64,000 bases of DNA from the human T2T-CHM13v2.0 reference genome, Homo sapiens. The position numbers were made by a program, and so were the translations under genes. How positions within the stretch are numbered: the stretch's first letter is position 1; each line of letters opens with the position of its first letter. The notes beneath the pieces are model-generated. The model was not told where the DNA came from, made no database searches, and worked only from the letters and a program-made list of their open reading frames with translations. This document shows positions 25,213 through 38,619 of the stretch, piece by piece. Where the stretch lies: assembly GCF_009914755.1 (NCBI RefSeq), contig NC_060931.1; one strand, 5' to 3'.

Positions 25213-25648
25213 TGATATGGTTTGACTGTGTCCCCACCCAAATCTCATCTTGAATTGTAGCTCCCATAATTCCCGTGTGTCATGGGACAGACCCAGTGGG
25301 AGATCGTTGAATCATGGAGGAGGTTTCCCCCATACTGTTCTCGTGGTAGTGAATAAGTCTCCTGAGATCTGATGGTTTTATCAGGGGTTTCCACTTTTGC
25401 TTGGGTCCTCATTCTCTCTTGCCTGCTGCCATGTAAGATGTGCCTTCTGCAGTGATTGGGAGGCCTCCCCAGCCACGTGGAACTGTGAATCCATTAAACC
25501 TCTTTTTCTTTATAAATTGCCCAGTCTCAGGTATGTCTTTATCAGCAGTGTAAAAACGTACTTATACAGTAAATTGGTACTGGTAGAGTGGGACAGTGCT
25601 GTAAAGATTCCTGAAAATGTGGAAGCGACATTGGAACTGGGTAACAGG
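25213..25648 (+). mobile_element. THE1B-like 5' LTR (25213-25568) plus about 80 bp of THE1-internal
   Basis: TGATATGGTTTG..tatACA followed by gtaaattggtactggtagagtggg..gaaaatgtggaagcgac..ggaactgggtaacagg (THE1-int start). Confidence 0.92.
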
Positions 25649-26184
25649 TGAAATGGCAGAAGTAGGCAAGAGTGAGAGGGCAGAAGAAGGCCCAGTTCAG
25701 GGAGGGTGTTAGCAGGATGCTGACACTGAACTCTGCCCTGTTGGTAATTACATGGGACCCAGTGAGAAAAGGGGCTCCTTGTGATGTGCCTGGCCAAGGG
25801 TGGAGTTGTCTGGAAAAATGGAAGGAGGCTTCCTTCCACTTGGAGAACTTTCTCTGCTCTAAATGGGAAGCTTATCTTCTGCCATTCCAATGGTTGTTGG
25901 TACTATTTCATCTTTTCCCTGGAGATGCATTTCAGATAGCAGAATTTTGAAAAGAAATTCTGTGTGGCTATATTAAATCTAATATGAGACTTTCCTTTAT
26001 CTAATATCATTCTAATAATTCAGAGGCAAGCTTTAGTGGAGATGATTAATTCAACATGGATATTTCTTACCTTAAGGAAACAAAATTTAAACTTACAAGA
26101 CCAACGTCGTAGAGATGAATTCTTTTTAAAGAAATAAAACTCCCAAAATGAAATATTTTTGGGGCCAAAATAGTTAACTATTGG

Positions 26185-26580
26185 TAATAATAAAAATAAC
26201 TAATTTTTTTTTCTGAGCAGCTGCTGTATTCCTGGCATTTTAGATTGAATGTATTCACTACCTCCAATCCTCTCAAATACTCTGCAAGATGCCTATTATT
26301 AACTAGCTAGTTTTATAGATGTGGAAACTCAGTCTCAGAGAGTAACATGGCCAGTGAGCTTGCAGATCACCTTTACAGCACTCATGCACTGATTTATTGA
26401 ATCTTCATACCAGCCTTATGCATAGGTACTATTATCATTATCCCACTTTATAGATGAGAAAATTGAAGTGCAGAGAGCTTAAGTAACTTGTTCAAAGTCA
26501 CACAGCTAGTGAGTGGCAGAGGAAGGATTCGAACTGGGCAGTCTGGCTCCAGCATCAGTGCTCATTTCCACTACAATATG
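26185..26580 (-). mobile_element. Two tandem MIR copies
   Basis: ttttatagatgtggaaactcagtctcagag; ttatagatgagaaaattgaagtgcagagagcttaagtaacttgttcaaagtcacacagctagt..ggattcgaactgggc. Confidence 0.8.
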
Positions 26581-28959
26581 TCCTCTCCGTGTAATTGGGA
26601 CAGGACCAGAAGGAAATATATTGCTAAGGAAAGAAAGCATGACAGAGTAGGGAGAACCACTTAGTTCCAGGAGCTCAAAGGAAAGAACACAGGATGGAGT
26701 GTCTGATGTTCTCATGGGAGCTAAGTGGGGGCTCTGTGCTCGCCTTCCTTTAATCCCCCTGGACTTCTTGACATTTATCACAATCAGCCTCTCCATAGCA
26801 AGAGGCTCCTGCTGAGCACCTGGCCACGTGTGGTTCTTCTCTCATCCCCCCTTCCCAAGATGCACTAAATCAGTTTCCTTTGCCTGTTACCTTTTAATAA
26901 TTTCCAAGTGGAGCCCTGGCCAGCATGGCCTCATTGTTTGCCCAAGCCTTTTTCATACCTGACAGGATCAAATGGGTCTAATCACACTACAGTCTTTCTT
27001 TCTGAAAGCATTTAGGTCCAAAGCATTGTCTCTGTTCTCTTCCCACCTCGCAACAGAAGGGCATTTCTCAGCACTCCAAGCTGTGGGAAAGGAAAACTCC
27101 TTTCCTCGGCTTTTCCTTTGCATTCAACTCTATGTTTCCCTAAAGGGTCAGCTATGCTCCAATGTACCTAAAACACAGTTCAGATTTTGCAGATCTTTTT
27201 TAGGCATCTTCTGTGGGCCATGTGGCTCTGCTGGGCCCTGAGGATACAGTGATGAGTGAGAGAACTCCTTCATCTCAAGAGGCTCACAGTCTAACTTGTA
27301 TGGGTCTCTCAATCCCTAAGGAAGATGCAGTCTCTTTGCCAGAAACTTCTATACTGGAGGTAAACAAACAAACAGAAAAAAACAACCAAACAAGCAGAAG
27401 CACCCGCAGGAATCAGAGAAGCATTAAAGAATGACAGCTAGAGTGGCCTGGGCAGTGCATTACAGACAGATATGCAGGGAAACACATCATATGTGTACCT
27501 GGGAATGGGCCAGAAAGGGGTGTGATGCAAGACAGTACTAGGCAGTTTGGGGGAACATGAGAGGGTGAAGAAAGAGCAATGTACCCTCATGGCTTCCAAA
27601 GTTCTGCAGCTGGAGATACTGCAATTAACATTTATTGCCAGGACCTACTAGGTGCATGATATAGAGTTCCCAGGCAACCACTTAGCCTACAAGATTACTG
27701 CATCAGTAAAAATTATTAACACATTAAGCCATAATTATTAAGTCAAATAGCGACAGTAATAACTCCAGAGCAAACTTATAAAACAAATTTAGAGCCTTTA
27801 TTACCCCAGGTATACTTTATCCACCCCGCATTGTACCTATTACAGTGTGCCCCAACCCACGGTCCTCTGTCCAAGGTCAACAGACTAGTATTTCTTTGAT
27901 TTATTAGTAGACTTGGCCTTAAAATCACATTTTCTCTTGGGTCGTATCCCCATGAGCTTTTCACCTGGGGATTTCAGCAGCACCTGACAACTCACCTTTT
28001 ACTGTACCTAGGGTGCAAGGGGGAAGTTGCTTCTCTCTGAAATGTCATTCGACTTGATGTTTTCTTTTATCATTTAATTTTTTTCCTCTTAAGAGAGAGA
28101 CATTTCTCTAAGATCCCTGTTTGCTTAAGGCTTAAAAAGTTGCAATTCTACTATGTGTTAGTGTCCCTACTGAAGATGCTATGAAATAACTAGAGGAAGA
28201 CTTTGTAAAGCTACAGGACTGAAGTCACTAGAAGTACTAATGAGACAGGAAAGACTAGAAGGCCTGCCATTAGAGGGCAGAGTGTGGACCTATTGTCCAG
28301 AGGATCTTTTCCCCACTAGCTGGTATGGGGCAGGTACCAGTCCATGGATGGGAAGGTTGCAAAAGAGAAGGGACCCTTGCGATAGGAGAGGCTGCCTGTA
28401 ATGGTGAGGACTGGACAGGGGGTCTCTTCTTGCTATTTTGGGGGTCTGAGCCCTCTGTCCTGCAGGCACAGCCTCACAGGTTCTGGAGTTCAGGATGGTT
28501 CATCTTCCAATTGTGCCCATATTTGCTGTTCTCAAAAGAAACGAGGGAGGCATGTGAAATTCTGAACTCTTCGATAACCCCAAGGGAAACTGGCCACGAT
28601 GTAGACATCACTCTAGTGATGAAGTTGTTGAGAAATGAAGATGAGAATTCCTTGGGCCAGTTTCTGTGCCCATGGATTTGATGTCTATCTGAATTTTGGA
28701 GTTAGTAAACACATCAGTGTTACATAGTTTGAAGGGCTCTTGTTGAAAGCCTTGTGATACCTGTAGTAGCTGATGTGTTATTACTAATTCTACACATCTC
28801 CTGGATATATACAGCTCCTGGATCTACATAACTCCTGGATGAAATTGAGTCAAAGAGACCACAGACTGTATGGTACAGTCTCTTACCTAGAAGTCTAGAT
28901 GTGTTGTTGTCCAAAGTCTGAAAGCCAATACAGCAGTGGCACAGTTAGCACCAGGTGTC

Positions 28960-29465
28960 CTGGGTCTCAGTCTAGGGCTCTTTACTGGCTTGGCTGCATT
29001 TGCCCCAGCTCCATTCTCCTTGCCCTGTGAAGCTGATCTCCATGGACAGCATTGCCTGAGCTCCCTGGCTTTCTGCCTTCCACTTGGGTTTGGCCATTGG
29101 GAGGCACCACCAGAAAACCAGAGGGCAAGAGAAAAGAGGTGGCAATCTGTATGTGCACATGCCCCGCCCTCTGCCTCCTCCAGTTCTGTGGTGCTATGCT
29201 CCTTTAAGGCACATCTTGTGCAAAGTGGCCTCTCTTCCACAGTTTTGGCTCCTGCAGGCTCTCAGGCACACACAATTCCCTCCCCTGGTTCCTCAGGCCT
29301 AGGGGCAGTATCTGCTTCCCCCTTGTTGCCAGTCCCTTTGTGCTTCCCTATCCCTTATTGGTTCCTTTAATTCTGAACACAGCTGTATGCAGAATTCCTT
29401 CCTTAAACTCTTTCCCGTTAACTCCCTCTGAGCATGCCCACTGTGTTGGGTCCTGATGGATCCAG
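28960..29465 (+). mobile_element. LTR33-like ERVL LTR
   Basis: ttccacttgggtttggccattgggaggcaccaccaga..tcaggcctaggggcagta..gcttcccc..ttaaactct. Confidence 0.75.
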
Positions 29466-29668
29466 GTTCCTCCTTTCTCCGGGGTGTTTGGATCTGCAAA
29501 TGTGCAGCTTCAGCAGCTCCATGCTATGCTCTTTTAAATCCTCTGTAGCAGGTTTATCTTTGTTTACAAAATAGCTGTGCTCCAAAAATGCTGCATTAAG
29601 TTAAATATTTATTAGTTGAGTCCCTGTTTTTCTATACTATTTTCATTTTAGATACACATTTTCCCTTC

Positions 29669-30001
<333 letters not shown>

Positions 30002-30560
30002 TGAGATGTGACTCCTAACACTAGGGACCTTTGTTAGGACCCCCTACATAACAAAACCTGCATTTGTATCCCAGGGCAAAGCTATACATCTTTTGGCAAA
30101 GGAAAATGTGCCTCCCTGTTCCCTTACTGTTTCCCCACTTTCAACTTTTTGTTTATGAGTTTGGAATTTTGCTTTTTGAAAAGGTGTCAAAAGTGGGGCT
30201 TGCCTGGACTCTGATAGTAAAGTAGAAGAGAATCTTCCCGGTGGAAAGGAAGGACATTTATTTGAATCTGCTTTGTTTCCTAAGTGAGAAATAACCAGTT
30301 TCTCTCTTGTTTGATTGGCATCTGAGGATGGGGCCATCCCACCAAAGTACAGAGGCAGCATGGGTGGGAAATGGCCTTTCAGAGGTAAGCCCTAACAGGT
30401 GATGCCAGCAAGGCTGCCTGGGTGTGGGGCAGCTCGTTTGCTGAGATGACCCCAGCTGCTTACAGGTGCTACTCAGGGTTCCCAGGAGAGCACCCCCTGC
30501 CCTCCTCGGCTTGTCTCATTGCTTTCCTTCTCACTTGAAATTAAAAGCTTGTTTACTGCT

Positions 30561-30864
30561 GGCCAGGTGTGGTGGCTCACACCTGTAATCCCAGCACTCT
30601 GGAAGGCCGAGGCGGGTGGATCACCTGAGGTCAGGAGTTCGAGACCAGCCCGGCCAACATGGTGACACCCCATCTCTACTGAAAATACAAAAATTAGCCA
30701 GGCGTGGTGGCAGGCACCTGTAATCCCAGCTACTCAGGAGGCTGAGGCAGGAGAATGGCTTGAACCTGGGGGAGGGCAGAGGCTGCAGTGAGCTGAGATG
30801 GCGCCATTTCACTCCAGCCTGGGGGACAAGAGCGAGACTTCTTCTAAAACAAACAAACAAACAA
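30561..30864 (+). mobile_element. AluSq/Sp-like, full length
   Basis: gggggacaagagcgagact; TSD AAAAGCTTGTTTACTGC at 30543-30559 and 30865-30881; (AAAC)n tail. Confidence 0.95.
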
Positions 30865-31853
30865 AAAAGCTTGTTTACTGCAAGTAGAATTCAAAAGGGG
30901 TGATTTTTGAGTCATGTAGTGATTTTCAGTGTACACAATTCTTAGATACCAGAATCTAAGTAAAGGTGACCCCCATTTTAACAGCAGGTGATAAATAAAA
31001 ATCTGTACTTTCAGAAATATATGAATCAGGGGGCAGTCTTTCTCCATATAAAATAATTTTTCACTTCACAATCTGAAAAGTTCCTTATCTCCCTTGAGTG
31101 TTTCGAATCACTGGTTCTCAGTAGAGGTGAGAGAAACTTAACTGTGCTAGGGTGCATTGTCTCTTGAAACACAACTAAGAAGGAAGAAAAGTAACCATGA
31201 GGTCAATGGAAAGATGGGACTTAATATGCAAAGCTTATTTTACACACAGTTTTCAGGAGCATGATGCAAGGTCTGCCTATTTTTCTCATTTTTCCCTTCT
31301 CTTGTCAAGGTCCCTGCCAATGGGATCAAGGCATCAGAGGCAGAGCTGGGGTACAGAGGTTGGATTCCACTTCTGGGTGGGATAGGGGTGAAGGTAGTAT
31401 GAGAAACAGCTCAATTCAAGGCCAGACTCTAGCCTTAAAGGAACAAGCGTACTTTGCATGTTGCTATTTGACAAGACTTTGCAATTATTAAAGACTTTGC
31501 TCAGAGGAAAAAGGCAGAAAAGGAGTAACCAGAAACAGTGGTTTCTAACCGTTTGATTTCATTAACAAACATATGTACCTCTAAAACAATGGAACACAAC
31601 ATTGGATCACTAGTAAGGAAATTGCCAAAACCTAGTTACCACTTACTATCACTTTTGCTTTGTAAAATGTTGAGAATTTTAACATGAATTTTAAAGTATA
31701 AGGACAATCTCAAAATAGAGTTATAAAAATTAAGTTCAATGAAAGAGTCACTACATTATTCTTATTTTTCTAGTTTTTTTTTCAGGGTGAGTAAAAAACC
31801 TAATCCTGTACCGATATGAATCTGTAGACTGGATATTGTCCCCGACCCCTGCC

Positions 31854-31978
31854 TTTTTTTAAGATACAGGGTCTCGCTATGATGCCCAGGCTGGTCTCAA
31901 ACTCTTGGGCTCCAGCCATCCTCTCACCTTGGCCCCCCAAAGTGCTGGAATTACAGGCATGAGCCACTGCACCTGGCC
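31854..31978 (-). mobile_element. FLAM-C / free left Alu monomer
   Basis: Single reverse left arm acagggtctcgctatgatgcccaggctgg..ccactgcacctggcc. Confidence 0.85.
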
Positions 31979-32089
31979 ATTTGGGGCTTCTAACTAAAGC
32001 AAAAGGTCAGGATGGATCAGGCATCGAGAGAACTGTGGTCTCTGCTGAGGATACTTACATTTCCCATACCTAGGCATGAGAGAAACCTG

Positions 32090-32220
32090 TCATCCATCCA
32101 TCCATCCATCCATCTATCCATCCTTCCATCCATTCATCCATCCCTCCATCCTTCCATCTGTCTGTCCATCCTTCCATCCATCCCTCCATCCCTCCATCCA
32201 TCCCTCCCTCTGTCTATCTA
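32090..32220. repeat. (CCAT)n tetranucleotide tract continuous with an L2 tail
   Basis: catccatccatccatcc.. grading into tattcattca. Confidence 0.9.
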
Positions 32221-33400
32221 TTCACTTATTTATTCATTCAGTGAATATTTAAGGAGCACCTACCTGTGGTAGGGCATATTCTATATGCTGGGGATTTAGC
32301 AGTAAACAAAATAGACGTTCTTAGCTCTGATACATTCCAATATAAATAGAAGACCATAAACAAGTAAACTTAAATTAAAAGACGGGATAGGGCTATGAAG
32401 AAAAATAAACCAAGAGTGTTTATTTCAAACACAGTAATCAGAAAAATGCTCTCCCATGAAGTGAGGGCAAACCCCAATACATTTAATGGGAAAACCAAAG
32501 TGATACTTGGGGGAAGAGCCTTACAGGTGGTGCCAAGAGCAAGTGCCGAGGCCCTAAGGCAGGAGGTACTTGGAATGTATAGTAACTCAGGAGACCAGAG
32601 TGGCTGGAGCGCAGTGGCTGAAGGTGAGAGTGGTAAGGGGTAGGGTTGGGGGTGTAGCCAGGGTCAAGTTCATGTAACCTACAGCAAGATGAGCCTCTGA
32701 ATGTTTTCCAAGTGTGATGGAAAGCTCTGGAGAGTTTTGCATGGGGAACTGACATAATAAGATATATACTTGAAAGGTCTGCTCTGGCCTCTAGGTGGAG
32801 AATTTTGTCTTAAGGGAGAAGGATGGAAGGAAGGGGACCAGTTGGGAGGATATTGTACTTAGCCTGGTGAGAGATGATGGTGATTTGGACCAGGTAGTAG
32901 TGGAGGTGAAAAATAGTTGGATTTGGGATACATTGTCAAGATGTTGCTGACATGATTGGATGTAGGGTGTGAGAGAATGGAATTATCAATTTCTGAGATG
33001 TGCAACACTAAGAAATGCCTATTTGACATCCACATTGGGATGCTGAGTTGGACAGTACAATATTTGTATCTGGAGTTGAGGGGAACAGGATCAGTGTGCA
33101 TGATATTGACAGTTGTGGTGCTGGACGAGATCACCTTCAAAGGAAGGGTACAGATGAGAGCAGCCCAACAACTCGTATTGAGACATCCCAACATAGAGTC
33201 ATGGAAATTGGAAGGATCCAAGAAAGGAGACTAAAAAGGAATGTCCAGTGATGTGGAAGGAAACCCAAGAGATTGATGTTGCAGAAGCAGGTAAATAAGA
33301 TATTTCAAGAAAGACGAAGTGCTCAACTCTTTCAAATGTAGTGAAAGCCTGGATGAGGTGAAAATTCAGAACCAGGGAAACTAGCTGGTTGTTGGTGATC
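32221..33400 (-). mobile_element. L2a, about 1.2 kb
   Basis: attcattcagtgaatatttaaggagcacctac..ggaccagttgggaggatattg..ggatgctgagttggacag..tatctggagtt. Confidence 0.8.
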
Positions 33401-33889
33401 CTCTAATAATGGAAGAAGTAAGTCCCTCACTTTCTTCTTTCTCTGGTTCTAACTTCAGGTTCAGTCCAAGCTGTCCTCCTAATAGCTCTTGCTGTTGAGA
33501 GTTATATTTTCAAGATGTTGACACAAAAAATCTGTAGGATCTATGTTTCTGAATACTCAAATTCAAGTTATGTCATGTTTTTCAGGAATATGACTGTTGG
33601 AATATGTGGGGATTCCACAGTTGGCAGCTTTTTAAGAGCTGAATGACCATTGAAGTTTTAAAATCCAGTCCTCAGATCACAGACTGCTTTCTAGGTATTC
33701 CCACTCTGACTGCAAAAACTCCCCTCTGACAGTTTCCACTTTCAGCTCCTCAGCTCTTGATATGTGTGCTGTAAGAACAGTGAAGCCAGAAGATGGAGCG
33801 GGGAGGCAAGGCAGCTAGGCAAGAAGCTCTATGGCATATAGTGGGGTCTTTTTATCTTTTATTTTTAAATTTTTATTTATTTATTTATT

Positions 33890-36620
33890 TTCTTTTAAAT
33901 CTAGATGGACAGTCTCTGCCTTTTGATTGGAATGTTTCATCCATTCACATTTCATGTAAATATTGATATGGTTGGATTTCCATTGGCAGTTTTGCTATTT
34001 CTTTTCTATATGGTCTCCTATCATTTTTGTTTATCTGTTCCTCCCTTACTTCCTTTTTTGTTTAGTTAAATAGATATTTTCTAGCATACCATTTTATTTA
34101 TTTGCTTTAAAAATTTTCCCTGTATTTTATTGTGTTTTTTTAGTAGTTTCTCTAGAGAGTACATTGTGATCTTCAGTTTATCATAATCTACTTCAGATTA
34201 ATACTAATTTAATTCTGGCAAAATGTGGAAACTTTGCTCCAATAGAACTTTATTTCTTTCTTCTCCTTTATGCTATTATTATCTCATATATATATATATA
34301 TATGCATGTTATATATGTATGTATTTCATCTTCATATGTTATAAACCCCCAGATATGGTTCTTATCTTGTTGTTTAACATTGTTTAGCAGGGATGTCCAA
34401 TCTTTTGACTTCCCTGGGCCACATGTAAAATACACTAACACTAGCAATAGCTGATGAGTTAAAAAAAATCGCAAAAAATTCTCATAATGTTTTAAGAAAG
34501 TTTACAAATTTGTTTTGGGCCACATTCAAAGGTGTTCTGGGCCACATGTGGCCTGTGGGCTGCAGGTTGGACAAGCTTGGTTTAAATAATAAATCTTATG
34601 CCTTTTAAATGCATTAAGGGCAGAAAAGAAAAAATATTTGCCTAGTCATTTATATTTACCTTTCTGTGCTCTGTTTTCTTCATGTGGATTCACGTTACAG
34701 CCCAATGTCATTTCCTTTCAGCCCGAGGGCTTCCTTTATTATTTCTTGTAAGGCAGGTCTGATGCGATGAAATCTCTCCATATTTAATTATCTGGGAATG
34801 TCTTTATTTTGCTACATTTTTGAAGCATCAGTTTGCTGGATATAGAATTCTTGGTTAAAAGAGTTTTTGTCTTCTTTCTTTCTTTCAGCCTTTAAATAGG
34901 TCATCTCACTGTCTTCTGGCCTACTGTTTCTGATAAGAAGTCAACTGTTAATCAGATTATTGTTCTCCTATGTATATGAGTCAGTTTTCTCTTGATGCTT
35001 TTAAGATTTTCCCTTTATCTTTGGCTTTTAACACTTTGACTGTAATGAGCCTGAGTGTGGACATTCTTCTGTTTTTCCTGCTTAGAGTTTACTAAGCTTC
35101 TTGAATGTGTTGATTACTGGTTTTCATCAAATTTGGAAAGTTTTTGGCCACTAGTTCTTCAAATATACTTTCTGTTCCTGTCTCTCTCTTCTTGTCTTCT
35201 GGGACTTCTATTATATGTATGCTTGATAGTATCCCACTATTCTCTGAGATGTTCTTCATTTGTATTTATTCTTTCTGGTCTTTAGATTGCATGATTTCTA
35301 TTGTCCTATCTTCAAGTTTGCTTATTCTTTCTTCTGCCATATGATATACTCTTTTAAGCCTCTCTAATGAAGTTTTATTTGTTGTTATATCTTTTAACCC
35401 CAGAATCTCTGTTTAAAAATATTTTTATTGATACTACCTATTTGATGAGTCATTGTCATACTTTAAAAATTCATTAAATATGGTTTCCTTTAATTCTTTG
35501 AGCATATTTATAATAGTTACTTTGAAGTCTGTCTGGTGATTCCAGAACCTGTTTAGAGTCATTTTATATTGACTGCTTCTTTTTCGCCTTGAGTGTGGGT
35601 CACACTTTCCTATTTCTTTGCATATCTCATAATTTTTGGTGAAAACTGGAAATTTTAGATAATATATTGTAAGAACTCTAGGCTCTGATTTTTCCTTGGG
35701 GATTGTCACTGTTGCTTGTTGTTAGTTTAATGACTTGTCTGGGCTAAGTAAAATCTGTCTCCCCGACAATACGTAGCTACTAATGTTTCTGCTTAATTCT
35801 TTACTTCTCATTTTTATTTTTAAGCTGGTTTTCTAGGGGTTGCTTCTAGGTCAGCATAGCTTAGTGGTTAGCCAGCAATTGGTCAGAGGCTATGCCCAAC
35901 ACCTTAATCTGGTAGGGCCTCCATCCCTTGCTGAAGAATCTATGGATGGATTGGGACATACACTCAAAGTTCAGTCAGCTTATGGGTCTCCCTGGCTTTT
36001 ACTTTCCGTTATGCCCTTTGTGTCTCCTCTGTCTGTGCACAATGCCTCACATTCACCCAGGGGTGTGTGGATAGCTGGGGCCCTCTCTGATCTCTCCTGA
36101 GTGTGAGCACAGCCTTGTAATGCATGCAGCCTTTCAGACCACCAGGGTTATATGGGACTGTATCAAGACCCCGATGTTTTATTTTCTGGATCTCTTTGTT
36201 GTATGTCTAGCTTGTCTGCCATTTAGTTGCTTGCTTCACCTTGGCATTGACCTTCCTCATTTATTTGCCACCGAGATTGCTACTGTTTATGACAATGCCC
36301 AGGAGATTGCTTTGTTTTGTTTTGCAATATACTCCAAATCAAGCCAGCTGCCTTCCTCAGCAAAGCTGATGATTTTCTTATCTTGTTCCACCTTAATTGA
36401 AGTACTGTTTCATTGGAGGAAGAGGTGGGTGGGAACATCTCCTAAGCTAAAACCCAGCAGATTCCCACTGATCTTGGATAAACGTTTTTCAATTTGATGT
36501 GTGTCTTCCATCAATGTCCAAACTTTTTATATTTTTTTTGACCATTTTTTCCCCCAGTTCTATCACCGTTTGTTGGGAAAAGGATTTTGCAGACTTCTCA
36601 CCACCATTCCAGAAGTCCCT
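33890..36620 (-). mobile_element. Ancient L1M (L1ME-type) 5'/ORF1-region remnant
   Basis: Minus ORF 35434-35709 carries DFKVTIINMLKELKE, typical of L1M ORF1; ttttgaagcatcagtttgctggatatagaattcttgg. Confidence 0.8.
34388..34579 (+). mobile_element. MER30-family hAT MITE inserted in L1M
   Basis: cagggatgtccaatcttttgacttccctgggccac..ctcataatgttttaagaaagtttac..aggttggacaagcttg. Confidence 0.9.
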
Positions 36621-37989
36621 CCCCATCCTTGTATTTTGGTCATCTCTGACTCTGCCACTTTTGTGTAAAATCATCTCCCTACCTCATCCTTAGGAAGCAG
36701 GTAATGGTCAAGTAATCTTATTTATGCAGCACAGGGCAACCCAGGCCCCATCTGGAATATGGTGAAATAAACATGGTGCATCTTCTAGAAGTTTCTATTT
36801 TACTTGAAGATTTGGAGTGAATGTTATGTAGGTGGTAAGTAATTTAAAAAAACATTATTTTCAAATTAATAAATCTAGATACAGAGTAGAAAACAAAATT
36901 CACAAAAAATATTCTTTTTAAAGATAAAACCATGTAAGATATCAGAGGAATTTTACACTTACTGGGGCCACTTTGGAGTAACCCCACAGGTATCACTTCA
37001 TGCTCAGAAGTATTTCCATTGGAAAATTACAGAAATATTATAGAGATTAGGCTTAAAACAGTTAATAAAAGATAATATAGGCTTTATGGTAAGAAAGCTT
37101 TAGGATTCATTAAACTTAAAAAGACCATTTTGTAATAATATAAATGATAACCCCAGATCAGCCTTAGTGACTGAAAAGAATTGTGAATTCTCAATGCAGT
37201 ATATTTCTGTATTTAAAAAGAAATCCAAAATTAATGAATGTATTGCTTGCAGTCAAAAACTGTTGGGGTGGAGGCTTAATTTCTGCATAACCATTTTGTT
37301 TGGGGCACAAAGTTTTTAGAAATTCAATTTGAATGCCCTGTTCGTGAGGAAGAGGGCAGTGCGCTCTCTTCTATTAAGAGGTGGTTCTACTTCTTCCTAT
37401 TTGCCTCAAATTGGGAAACCTCACTTGTATAGGTTTTTTTTTTTATTGTCTCCCAAAGCCATTTGACTTTGCTACCCTTAAATTGGTTGAAATCTAGGTG
37501 AGGGCTCAGGTGAAACAGGGGCAGAAGTTAGAACCTTTGTCTGCAGGAAACGCTACCATTGGGGTATAGGTGGAACTTTTGGGTGGTTGGAAATGGGACA
37601 GATGAGGCAAAGAAATTGTAGATGCAGAGGAGGGTCCCAAGTGCAGGGATCGTTAGTCATATATGGTTTCAGAGCTAACAAAGCAGCAGTTCAGGAAGTC
37701 TAAGACCGAGTGAGTGCTTGAGAGCTGTGAGTGGACGTGATTATCATTACAACTTCCCCAGACTGAGCTCCGGCCCCGCTCCAGGTCCTCTGCTGGGTGC
37801 TTCTGCCTCCATCACAACTTCAGGAAGTAGCACAAGGGCCAGGGAAAGAAAAGTGGAGTCCAAAAGTGAAAAGAAGTGGGAGACAGGGAGTGCGTGCTCT
37901 GTCTGTTGCAGCTGCCTTTAACCCCTGCATGCATCTGTCTTATCTACCAACAAACAGTAAGGGAAATTACTCATTTTGCACCTTGAGCT

Positions 37990-38260
37990 TCATAGAATCC
38001 TGGCTCTTAGACCTGGAAGGAACCTTGCTAGGCTCCTGTTTCCAACAAAATAAATTATTGTTATCCTTAGCCCCACAGGCAGCTAAGGCCAGAAAAGAGC
38101 CCTAGAGACTTAGAATGTTAGGGCCACAAGGACCTTACAGCTCATCCAGTTTCCTCTCCTACTTTTAATAGATAAAATAACTGTTCACAACAGGAGTCAT
38201 CCAAGGAGAGAAGATAGCGGTGCCAAAACTAGAACCAGTTTGCAAGCCAAGGCAGTTTGC
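37990..38260 (-). mobile_element. MIR fragments
   Basis: catagaatcc..ttagacctggaaggaacctt; ttagaatgttagggcc..ggaccttacagctcatccag. Confidence 0.5.
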
Positions 38261-38585
38261 TTCACACCAGGAACCCTGGGCCATCTTTTATAAAGTGGCT
38301 TCACTTAGTGAATCCATTTGATTTGCATACTTCTCTGGGCTCAGCAAGTGTCCACTTTTTCAGGCTCTGATTTTGAGTGGAATCTATAGAAAATCAGGGT
38401 TTGGTGCTCTCTTTCTCCCTCTGCTGGCTCTCCAGGCTGATTCCCTGAAACTGACACAGATATTTGGGCCGAGAAATGATTTCAAATAAAATGGAGGCAT
38501 GCATGTGAGTTGCTTTGGAAACAAGGGAGAAAGCGACAGCTTTTTCTTAAAGAGGTAAAACCATTCCAATGGAAAGCTTGATACA

Positions 38586-38589
<4 letters not shown>

Positions 38590-38619
<30 letters not shown>
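38590..38619. repeat. (TA)n microsatellite
   Basis: Direct reading. Confidence 0.9.

Noticed and set aside
28500-28914. Unique sequence with protein-looking translations on both strands
   Set aside because: No recognisable domain, stops in candidate frames and no consistent splice sites
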